Shown one piece after another: positions 35,626 through 46,843 of a stretch of DNA of 64,000 bases. The position numbers were made by a program, and so were the translations under genes. Under the pieces are notes generated by a model. That model was given only the letters and a program-made list of their open reading frames with translations, made no database searches and was not told the origin of the DNA. Every line of letters begins with the position of its first letter. The first letter of the stretch is position 1. Origin of the DNA: Chrysemys picta bellii (taxonomy: Eukaryota); assembly GCF_011386835.1 (NCBI RefSeq), contig NC_088798.1, forward strand, positions 26,226,001 through 26,290,000. Reading direction: 5' to 3'.

Positions 35626-36417
35626 TGATAGGTTCTAGCCCCTGAATCAGGCACAACAGAATCATGGTTGGGAACCCCAGTGCACACAGCAGTGACACAC
35701 ACTGGAGGCAAAACTGAGTTTGTAATACGTTTATTAACACAGTTAGTAGAAACACAAATGTTCCAATCCAAAAGAGAATGTAGCTATAATGCAATATTAG
35801 TGTGATGTCCTGTGTCATCCCATACACATACTCACACAATTCTCCTAGAGACCTGAGGATGGGATGGCAGGTGGTTGCCCACAGGGGTCCTATCCTGTCT
35901 CTCTGGCATGCCAAGCAAGTTCAATGGTCAAGGTCTCTCTCCTACATCATGGTTGGGCCTATTATGGGTTCTGATGGCTGACATGAATATTCATAGGAGT
36001 ATTCTACCTCCTTTGCCATAACTAATTTCCTCACCCTAATAAAGTTGGGGTGTTGTTATTCTATAGGTTAGTACATTAATTATCCCAAACTTACAGCATC
36101 TACGTCAATTGATTAGCATGACAATCTTATGGTTGTACATATGCTAATGTTCCCATCTCAAAATATCCCAAACTGTTATCAGCTGACCTCTTGTGGTTAC
36201 CTGTCAGCATTTAATGCAAGATCTTAGCAAAACTACATATTGCAAAATAAGCAAAGTAACATTTAATGCCCTCCTGTCACTGCTGATTACTGCTGGTCAA
36301 TTTACTTATGCTAAGGCTCAAAAACCTAACTGCCTTATGCTAACTGCTTATGCTAATGCTTTACAGATTGAGGCTTGTAGGTTTCTTGTGTTACTAGTAG
36401 GTAGAATATCCCTAACA
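35626..36417 (-). mobile_element. Probable solo ERV LTR
   Basis: Termini tgatagg / ccctaaca; minus-strand AATAAA near 35730; three cttatgctaa repeats at 36305-36356; no TSD found. Confidence 0.55.
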
Positions 36418-36449
36418 TTTGGCAATGCACTCTATCGGCTAAAGTAGTT

Positions 36450-36632
36450 ACTCGGTAATAATATCATGCCAATCATCAACTGCCTAGTGTCAGGAAAAAT
36501 CTTCCCCCATGGGCAGTTATTCCCATAATTGTCCACTATGCTTCTTTCGAAGTATTTGGTATTGCCTACTATTGCAAGCATGGCACCAGTATAGATGGAT
36601 GCTTACTTTGATTTGGTGTAGCATTTCCTATG
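36450..36632 (+). mobile_element. Old CR1 3' end remnant
   Basis: cttctttcgaagtatttggtattgcctact...agatggatgc...gcatttcctatg, a decayed CR1 tail. Confidence 0.55.
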
Positions 36633-39600
36633 GCTCTAATTGACTCTCATTGAAGTCAATTGGAGTTTTCACATTGATTCAGTGCTGTGCTCCTAAGTGG
36701 ATACCTGGCTTACCTTCCTCTACTAACCAAGGCTCATCCTCTCTTCCCCCTCAAAATGTTGCATTTATTTTAGTGGAACGAGGGACACCTCTGTATTCTT
36801 TCACTGCTGAACCCTTATTGATTGCTCTAAGATAAAACCTTATTTTAACCATGAGCCTCCCATTTTATTAACAAAATACCTGAGTTGCTTTCTTTTTTTT
36901 TTTTTGAACGTATTCTATTAAAATTTACTTCCTGCTATCCTAGCAAATTTGAAAACAATGAAGTTCTGTCAAAAGGCATGTTTACCCAGCATTCAACTTT
37001 TATTTGACTCATTTTGGCAAAATTTCTGCCACAAAGATTTTATAATGATAACCCTTAAAAAATAAAGCCTAAAGCAGGAAAACTAAACTCTTTAGTTGCT
37101 GCATTGGATGTAGGAGTTCCTGAAGGCGTTCATAGTCAGGAGATGAAATATGATAACCTTCACTTAGTCTATCCCAGATTTGTAGAACTCCCACAATGCA
37201 CTGTGTTTTATTTGCAACTTTGAACCACAGAGAGAAATGAAACTAATTTAACAGGCATGTTTAATTCTCCCAGGTACTGTACTACAAAAGTGCCATGGTA
37301 GTTAAATCTGGATGTATTTGCTTTTTGCTATATAAGTTTATGATACTATAAGACTTTGTTTCTAAAATTAATGAGCTAAATATTTCCAAGTGATAACCTT
37401 CAAGATTTTTATCTTATCATCTAATGATGTCTCTATGGCCTACATGTGATCTTTTTGAGTTAGTCAGTCTTTGTTCAATAAGATAAGCATGACGAGAGTG
37501 GACAACACATCTGAGGCTTGAATACACTGTGGGACAGTTGTTTATAACTGCTGACTGTAAATATGAGTCCTTTGTGCTTGAATTGGCCAATTAGCCATGT
37601 AAGTAAAATATTCTCTAGTAACTGGATAAAATTGCCTTTTTCAGTAGACTGAACATTTACTAAAATGAGATACAGGGAAAAAAAAACTTTTGCATCTTCA
37701 ACAATTTTGTTCCTGTAACAGAATTCCTTTAAGACAACTCAATTTTTTTTTATGATTTTGTGAGCAGGTTGGCACAGAAAATCCATTTATTTTAGAAGCA
37801 TATTTCTTTTAGTAAATCAGTTTTCTAATACTGTGTACATTTCACCATCTACTGTGCTATAAATACTCCTTTAACAAGTATATTTCTTTACCAAGTATTC
37901 ACTGAAAAAAGTTTGATTGGATTTCAATATGCATTTCAGCATGGTTTCTTAAAATTAGATTCTTTTAGCTGTTCTATTCCTGTCACAAGTAGTACTTTAA
38001 GTGGTTACCAATGTATAGGTTTCACATTCAGTAGTAATGGATTACCTTTATAATCAGAATCATATGCTGCTTGTTACATATCCAAAGCTGCCTATGAAAT
38101 GATGCAATATAAAATGGTAAGACCTGATGGAATGTTGCAGCAATATAGGCAACTTAACACAACAGAATACCAATAATAAAAACCACATATATTGTATTTG
38201 AGATTTGATCCCCAGTGTCTACAACTTGCTGGTGCCAGAGGAAGATTGCAGACAGAAAAGAAGCTACTAATATAGGTATGTTTTTGAGATACCTATGACT
38301 TGTCTAGCATCAGCATGCTGTCTACTGAAATTACTTTTATGAAATTCATGTCATATCTAGTATTTTTATGTGAATGCTTTCTTGAACTAAACTTTTACAT
38401 TCACATTTTGATTGTCACATGTGCTTTTCATTCTGTGATCTTTATTATTCCTCATCAAAAAAACAGAGACCTGACTGCCCATCTTTCCTCCTCTCTCTGG
38501 CCCTAAAGAATTGTGTGAACTTGGTCTAGAAAAGAGTTTTTCCTTACTGAGCATTTCTTTTATGTCTTAGCTGTCTGCAAAAATTGGACCTTGCTATAAA
38601 AGCTACTGTCTACTTAGCACAAAGATGATTTGATGGGAGACATAGTTTATTCTCTAATTGTCAAATTCTGTCTCCTGATCTACACACAGACCAATCAGCG
38701 GGATTGTTTGTTGAGGAGTTGTGTATGGGGCTAGAACTTCCAGCCTTGGTGTAGTAGGAGATCTGCTACCCCAGTTTTGAGCCAGTGCATATGTAGAGAT
38801 GCATCTATACAAAAGGGCAGACTTGAAGAAGAAAGAGTTTATCCAGCAGAGTTCTCAGCTCTGCTGGAAGACATCTACCTCAACTGTGGATTTGCTAAGT
38901 AGTATGAAGTTCCCCTCCTGAGCTCCTTACACTCTCCACAGCCATGGCGTCTCCACGGAAGGTTGTGAAAGAGGGCCTCAGAAGCTGGGAGATAGGCCTA
39001 GGAAGATATGGCAGACATGAGATCTTGGGCAAGAAGAGGCATTTGGGGGGCTCAGGCAGCTGAGAGAGCCAAGCTTATGAGGAAAATTATGTACTTACTA
39101 CATAGTTTCCCCACAATATTTTCCAGATTTGCCTGACATTGCTTCAAAGCTTCCTGTCTTTTGAGTGCACAGCAGTGCTTCCTAATGTTGTCTTTATGTC
39201 ATCGTTTTATACAGCATATACACTGTAGTTTTAAAATGATGAAATGTTGTCAAATGTATCATATATTGTAAGTTATTTATCTCTTATCCAAACATTTGAC
39301 CACTCAATAATTGTCTTACCTAAACATGTGTTATATTTAGCGAATGTGCAGTAGACAATATAAACAATTGTAAAGTTGACAAGAGGTAAGGAGGACATGA
39401 TTTTGGTTCGAGTTGCATACAATGCTTGACACATTCTTAAAAAGAGAAAGTGCTGTGCAATAGAACATCTAGAAAAAAGCTTTTCACTGTAATATAATTC
39501 TGTTTGTTGTTTTCTTGCCATCACCTTCAGAGAGTTATCGGGGAATCGGCCACACAGCTTTACCAGTATGTCCCATTCTGTTCTGGAATTCAATGGATAA

Positions 39601-41102
39601 CACATCAAGTAGGCCTCATTATCCCTGTGTTTGTACTTCAGCCACAATATATGAAAAAGTGCTTTATGAATTTTCAGAATTTCACAGTATTATTATATCA
39701 TCCTTAAAACTGCTGAAGTACACAAAATGGGCAACTGCAATATCAACACATGGTAGTTTGTGATGTGAACACACTCTCCTCACTGCCTTATCTAAATTCC
39801 TCAGATCAATAAGTGATTTGTGGTTCTTCAAATACTCTATTATCTCAGGTTTTGAAGCTCTTGCCTGAAGATAGCAGAAATGGTATTGATTTGTCTTTAA
39901 TATAATACTTTTTGAAAGTGGTGATTGGAAAAAAGTCAACTTTAAATGTCATGTTTTCCTATAATTATTTTGATCAAATAAGTATAGCACTTGATCTTTA
40001 TAGGAATGGGTAATTTTGCCAATTTTGACAGAAAACATTACAGAATCCTTGAAGTAAATACTTGTTTAATCCTTTCCATTTTCTAACTTGCCAACAGAAA
40101 AAGACTCGTGGCAGTTACAGTACAGTGACCTAACACACTGAGACATTGTGGACTTCTGAATTTTATGTTTTAATTCTGGTAGAGATTTGGGTGATGAAAC
40201 ATTACAGATCAGATATTCAATTAGAGGTATTAAAAACTGGACATTAATCACTTACAGTAGCTACATTTATGGCAGCATCTGATGTTTTTCCCTATCTGAG
40301 AATTTGAAATACCACAAATGCTACAGTAAAGGGAAACATGCATGGCATAGAAAATATCCATTTTTTAATGTCACCCACTGTACTACAAGTGTAGTCTGAG
40401 AAGGCTTTAAGAGGGTTGCATCAGAGAGTAGGTTGCACTGGTTTAAAAGGGAAAACAGAGCTTAGTTACTGTTTCTAATAGTATTCCATACACCGCTCAC
40501 TCTCTTCTTTAAATGAGCACACTTTAAGAATGAACATGCTTGTAATTACTGCTGTTCCTTCATAAAACAGAATTTCTATCTTCAACCTTCTTCATATGAA
40601 GAACTGCAAAGGGGAAAACTGACCCAAAATTTGTCTGGCAGGGGACCAATCTTACCTTTTTAGTATGCATTTAAAAATTCTTGAGCCTCCTTGTTCTGTT
40701 CCAGGTTTTATGCATCACTGACCCACTTTCCCAGCCTCATGCTTGTAATCGGGAGCCAACCAATCCCAGGCAGGAAGTGGGAAAAGCAGGATAACTCATT
40801 CTATCTGTGAATGTTTGCTACTGACCCACACAGCCACCTGCCCTTGCACTATTCTGGTCTGTCCTAATGTTTAGATTATTATACTATACGCCAGGGTATC
40901 TGGGGATTCAAACCAGGCCAGTTGGAGTCAATAATACATCCTATGCCACCTGTGGAAACCAATAAATATGGCCCTTCCAACTTCCTAACTTTTGCATAAG
41001 AAACAAACTAATATGCACACATTTCCATGTGCCAGACTGACAGAGTTATTACTCAATAGGAAAAGGTCGTAGATTTTTTAACTAAAAACAGTATCCTAGC
41101 AG

Positions 41103-41298
41103 TACAGCTGGCTGGGAAAATGCAGTTTCTGCAAAAAACAGAATTTTCCCATAGAACTTTTCAATTGTGCCAAAATTTCCATTGGGAAAAATAAAAATAA
41201 AATACTTTGTTTAGGGTCAGGTGAACCCCAATCAAAACATATCAGTTTGTTGAACTTGATCAAAATATTTAATTTTGGCTTAGTTTTGGTTAAGCTCT
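41103..41298. mobile_element. Old AT-rich MITE related to 9491-9648
   Basis: tacagctggctgggaaaat ... ttttggttaagctct termini. Confidence 0.4.
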
Positions 41299-41564
41299 CT
41301 TCTTCAGTGCTTCAGAGCAAAGCAATTGGAACTGGTAGCATTCTATTTAACTGGGTGGGAAATGCATCTCAAGCACCATACAACAAAAGGAGACTTTAAT
41401 TATTGACTTGGAAAGGCAGCTGTAACTAAAGAAGCAGGCAAAGTAGCAGCAGAAGGAAAAGATTCAACCTATACACCATCAAGTTTTTGTGCCCAATTCA
41501 GGAAAGCACTTAAGCACATACATACATTGATCCCTCTTCAGCATGTGCTTAAGTCACATTAGAA

Positions 41565-41694
41565 TAGGGTGATCAGATAGCAAGTGTAAAACATCAGGAC
41601 AGGAGGCAGAGGGTAATATATAAGGGTGCCTATATAAGAAAAAGCCCCCAAAATCGGGACTGTCCCTATACAATTGGGACATCTGGTCACTCTA
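41565..41694. mobile_element. hAT-Blackjack-like MITE nested in an older palindromic element (41489-41750)
   Basis: TIRs tagggtgatcagat / atctggtcactcta; TSD cattagaa / gattagaa (7/8). Confidence 0.85.
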
Positions 41695-43415
41695 GATTAG
41701 AATTTAAAGATGTGCCTAAGTGAACAAGGATGCTTTCTTGAATCAGGGCTGTTGAGAAACAGACATGCTTCCCTCTTGCAATCTCCATTTTGCCTTCCTG
41801 TCTGTTCACTCCATCAGCACAGCTGCAATGATAGAGTTCATCTAAACATGAATTACTTACACCTAAGGATCACCATAGCAGACAACAACCCCAAAAATAT
41901 CTTTCCCACAGTTTTGCTTAACAACTCTGCAGTCTGCTCAGGGCTTAATGAGGTAAAAGAGAAAAGCCACTGGGAACTTCTGCTTATTTTAAATCAACAA
42001 TTAACTTCCATGGTGCTTGATCAATGGGAAAAGGTTGAATTTTACTGGCTTAAAGGTGTCCTCATTTGGCAGTAATGATTGAAATTTCATGGATGCTATT
42101 AGATTATTTTCACGCTGAACAGAGGTTATTTGCAAACATACTCCCTTCCATTCTGCTTGCCTTGTACCAAGAGTCTGAACTGAATGCATATTGAGCTAGG
42201 ATGATGTATTCCACATTGCACACAATGAAGGCTGAGAAAGTTTAATAATTATATGAAGTGAGGAAAGCTGCATGGGTAATAGCGAGAAATTATGGCTTGA
42301 AAGGCTTGTTGCATTGGAGGAGTTAAAATGATTTTACTACTATACTTATAGCTTATTCAAGGGTATCTAATGGTCAAAAACATGTATAAATGAGAGGGAC
42401 TGGAAAATAGGGTGTGTAGGCTGGGAAAGAGAGAAATAGAGTTGATATGCAGAGTACTTAGACTTGTATAGAGAAAGATAGTCACTATCTCCATAGTTTT
42501 TCTGTAGAAACATAATAGTATAGAAAAATCATAAAAACACAGAAAGAAGATTATACTAGGAAGTTTACATTCAGAATATAGTGTCTTCCCCTCATAATAA
42601 AATCTTTTATTAAAGATTTAAACATAACAACCATTAGACACATGGTTAACAATAGGCACTAAGTATAATGCATATCAATCCTATGCATAATTGTGTATCA
42701 TAAAACCAATAATGGGTCATAGGCCCTATATCATTTACACAATGTGTATGCCTTATGCAGTCAACACAAAAGGTACCAGAATGCCCATTAAATGGAACAT
42801 ATTGTAAGGAATAGTGACTCAAATGTCACTAAAAGAGGCTTAAACTAACAGGGTTGTTCCTATAGGAAGTAAGAGTTCTTATGGTTTTTCTCCTGAAAGT
42901 GAATTTCCTATCTGATATTTATTACTGTTTACTTGATTCTAGATTGCATGTTTTAAGTCACATCCCATATAAGGGGCTACACCACCTCAACGGGGGTATT
43001 GAGTTCAGATAAGCAGAATGTCTTGTGGAGCATCTTAACTGCATGAAAGGAGAGGGTGGTGTAATTTGTGATACCCCTTCAGGGGTGCAGCATTCCCGCT
43101 CCCACCCCCCGGCACTTGGAAGCAGATCTGATGGTCACTTAGAGGGCAGAGTCATGGTTCCAACTACTCCCCACTGCTCCATGCGCTCAGGGAGTTCCTC
43201 ATGTAGGAGGGAACAACTCATCATCAGCAGCATTCTGAACTCCATTGAGCAAAGCAACTGCAGTTCTGCACATCCTTATGCAGGTCATACAACAGGGAAA
43301 GGATTCTTAGTCCCTCCCCAACTGTGCAGTGATATGAAGGCTGACCATTAACTTGTCCTTAGAAAATTAAGTAATGGATTGTAGGGATATGTTTTTGCAT
43401 AGAGAAAATCACAAT

Positions 43416-43606
43416 GGGGGGAGGGATAGCTCAGTGGTTTGAGCACTGGCCTGCTTAAACCCAGGGTTGTGAGGTCAATCCTTGAGGGGGCCACCTAGGG
43501 ATCTGGTGCAAAATTGGTACTTGGTCTTGCTAGTGAAGGCAGGGGGCTAGACTCAATGACTTTTCAGGGTCCCTTCCAGTTCTATGAGATAGGTATACCT
43601 CCATAT
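43416..43606 (+). mobile_element. Tortoise Pol III-type SINE (tRNA-derived head, CR1 tail)
   Basis: Box A tagctcagtgg, box B-like ggtcaatcc, tail ggtcccttccagttctatgag. Confidence 0.9.
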
Positions 43607-43986
43607 AAAAAAGATTTCAAATAGTCACAACAAATGAAAAATAATCATATTCAGTGACCCAAACTGATTCCTAAGGGAAGGGGATAAAAATCTAAAACAC
43701 ACATGTCTTTATATACACAAATGGCTAATATATTCTAATACAGTGTATGGTTGGTCTCCAATTAAATGATCCACTATTTTATCAACATTCATGGAATAAA
43801 AATCTAATTACATATATATCTAAAACTTTACAAAGGCTCACATCTCAAAGGTATTTAGGTACTCCCAATGGGAGTTAGGCACATAAATACCTTTGGAAAT
43901 CTGGGCCAAAGTCATCCTTTGCCTGGAAAAAAACAATAGTCTGTCAGTCTCCTTGCTACCAGATTGTATCAATAGACAGCGGCTAG

Positions 43987-44240
43987 GAGGAAGGATGGCG
44001 TTGTGTATATGTCACAGGAGTGGGAAAGTTGTATTTCTAGCTGTGCCACATATTTCCTGTGCAATGTTAAGCAAATGGCCTAACTTCTCTGTGATAAAGT
44101 TTGCTCATCTGAAAAATGGGAATTATAATATATATAATTCCCTCCCAAGTGAGCTGAGAGGCTTTGTTAATGTTTGTAAATTGTATTGAGAACCTAGAAT
44201 ATGTTTGAAGGTGCTATGTACACACAAATTATTATCATTT
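43987..44240 (+). mobile_element. MIR-like CORE-SINE, near full length, old
   Basis: Head gaaggatggcgttgtg...tctagctgtgccac, core ttctctgtgataaagtttgctcatctgaaaaatggga, A/T-rich tail. Confidence 0.6.
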
Positions 44241-44311
44241 TATTTGTTTTGTACTCAGCATATTATAAGACAACAAGACCATTTGATTCCACCCCTTCCA
44301 CTCTTCTCTCT

Positions 44312-44820
44312 TGTTGGGATTTTGTGGTTCCCAATGAGTCAGATGCTGGGCAGAATCAAGGGACTTTGATTCGATGCGATGTGATTCAGTTCGATGCGAT
44401 GCGATTCAATTCAATTCGATGCGATTCAACAAGGCTTTATTCAATGTGCACAAAGGGAGAGCCCCTGGTACAAAAATCAGGCAGAGTCCCTCCAGCAAGG
44501 AGCCCCTCCCCTTGCTATTTTATAGCACATGGCCCTTACATAACAAGTTACATAACACAAACCTCCAACCAATTAAATTTAACCTTTCCATATATGGATT
44601 TGTTCATCACATGCTTATACTTCTCCACTCCACATGTTGAGCTCACCCCTTCCCCTTGGCCTTCTCTAGAATGTTCCTAGGCTGGAGAGCCACAGCATGC
44701 TTCCCTATGCATAAGTACTCTGCAAACCACATTTTGTCCAAAATGAACACAAGCATACCCTTCACTCTCCAATAAACATCAGAAAGTTATTTTTCTCTCA
44801 ATGGTTCTTTGTATTTCCCA
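44312..44820 (-). mobile_element. ERV LTR-like element; right end uncertain
   Basis: Starts tgttggga; minus-strand AATAAA near 44436 and TATAAAA near 44518. Confidence 0.5.
44368..44427. repeat. Pentanucleotide tandem repeat (GATTC/GATGC/AATTC), 12 units
   Basis: gattc gatgc gatgt gattc agttc gatgc gatgc gattc aattc aattc gatgc gattc. Confidence 0.9.
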
Positions 44821-45268
44821 TTCTTATGTAGTATATGTTTTTTGGGGGGCTCTGATTGTCAATAGAAAGACTTGGATCAGCTTCAGATTAGGTCCTTGAC
44901 TCTAAGGGGTATAAAATGTACATCCAAATGCCAGAATTAATATAGCAAATATGAATTCTATAGGTATATATTATCATCCAGTAAAACAGGTTTACATTGC
45001 TAAACTACATAGAAAAGTACACAAACTAGCCTCATTATAGCTACATTTAAATACAATTCCAATCAGTATATCAACATTAACACAGTTTTGCCTTCAGATT
45101 AATAAGTGCAAATTTCATTTATTTCAGCATTAGCTGATGTGCATTGAATGATAGAGTTTGACCCATAGGCTTCAATCCAGCAAAATGCTTAAGAATGTGT
45201 GAAATTTTGATTTGTGAGTAGTTTCCATTGAAGTCAATGAGCATACTCATGCACTTAAACGTATGCAT

Positions 45269-45429
45269 ATAGAATCATAGGACTGGAAGGGACCTTGAGA
45301 GGTCATTTTGTTCAGTCCCCTGCCCTCATGGCAAGACTAAGTATTATCTAGACCATCCCTGACAGGTATTTATCTAACCTGCTCTTAAAAATCTCCAATG
45401 ATGGAGATTCCACAACCTCCCTAGGCAAT
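45269..45429 (-). mobile_element. 5'-truncated CR1 3' end nested in an old palindromic element (45168-45457)
   Basis: atagaatcataggactggaagggaccttgagaggtc...ggagattccacaacctccctaggcaat; tatgc present on both sides. Confidence 0.85.
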
Positions 45430-46549
45430 ATGCTTACGTGATTTGCAGGCCTGGGGCAAAATGAGTTATGATCATTCTGCTCCCATGTTCCTACATCTCA
45501 CAATCTATTGTAGACAAGTCTTGTATATTGTATTACTGTCAATTAATAATTTGTGTGAAAGATATTCATAGAATTCTACCAACTTGATTAGAATTGAATC
45601 AACTTTTACAAATTGAAGTCTTTACAAAATTCCATACATTTTATAAATTGTGTCAGTTGTGTAGCAAAAAATGGTGTTAATCAGTGTAAAATTAGTATTT
45701 TCCTAATAATAAAAAAAAATCTACTGCAGTATTCTAGTGTGGTCATCCAAAACCTTAAGTTAATAGAAAGATATAATAATATATTGTAGTGGTTTGGGCC
45801 ACCACTTTACAAGGTCCTGATGCTACAAATACTTATATATGTCAGAAATCCCACTGAGCTCAATGGGACTGCTCATGCGTAAAGTTAGTTAGGTGACAAG
45901 TGTTTGCAGGATTAGGGCTTCATATTGTAGTATTCTGTATTTCTACCACTAGGTAATGTTCTGAACCAACAGACCCCCAATTTTAAAAAACTGACACAAA
46001 TAAAATATTCAAATCCTGCATTGGTATGATCAAACCAGTCTATAGATGAATAAAGTATTCACATATGAGATCTGGATGTTGCATTAAGGATCCTTTATTT
46101 GAAAACTGAGCCCTTAGTGTGTAATGTTTAGAAAAAGAAGGCTACTTTTGAAATGCACACTACAGAAACTTGTTTTTTTGCAGAATTATATATAGCTCTT
46201 ATAAGAAGAAAAATAGAGTTTTTAACAAATATAGTTTGTTAAAAACTATAGCTGAGACCTTTTAAAAAACCCTTGCAGCTAAGATAATATTTTAGGGCAC
46301 AGTTGTAACCCCCAACAAAATATGGTTTATAATAGAAATGTGTGCCACTGTAATAAGAGAAGGATCTTGAAATGTAATCACAAACTGTAGAATTATGTCA
46401 TCAGGAAAAGTAAAAAAAATAGCAAATATAGATCCAAAAGTTTAGGTTCCTTGGGCTAATAACTTAAATATGATACATGTATTACTGTAGAGGAAACTAC
46501 AATAATAGGGTTTTTTGTGATTTGCTAGGAATTTGAGATGAAATGATGG

Positions 46550-46843
46550 CAGAGGCGGCTCCAGGCACCAGCGCAGCAAGCGCGTGCCTGGGGCGGCAAC
46601 CCACAGGGGAGGTGGCCTGCCGGTCTCTGTAAGGGCGGCAGTCAGGCTGCCTTTGGCGGCGTGCCTGCGGGAGGTCCGCCGGTCCCATGGCTTCGGCGGC
46701 GGGGACGCCAAAAGCACGGGACCGGTGGACCTCCCGCAGGCACGCCACCGAATCCGCGTTACCAGCGGACCTTCCGCAGGCATGCCACCGAAAGTCGCCT
46801 GACTGCCGTGCTTGGGGCAGCAAAAAACATACAGCTGCCCCTG
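46550..46843. mobile_element. CpG-rich hAT MITE
   Basis: TIRs cagaggcggct / agctgcccctg; TSD aatgatgg / aatgatgc (7/8). Confidence 0.88.

Noticed and set aside
40259-40298. 40-nt minus-strand exon candidate with GTAAGT donor
   Set aside because: Weak pyrimidine tract and not frame-preserving; illustrates the chance rate of such candidates
43416-43490. tRNA-like sequence (also at 55270-55346 and 58684-58755)
   Set aside because: SINE heads continuous with CR1-type tails; no complete cloverleaf
44368-44427. Regularly spaced repeats as a possible CRISPR array
   Set aside because: 5-bp tandem units with no spacers, vertebrate context, no cas genes
44201-44680. 159-aa ORF with FDAMRFNSIRCDS repeats
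   Set aside because: Translation of the pentamer array and LTR sequence
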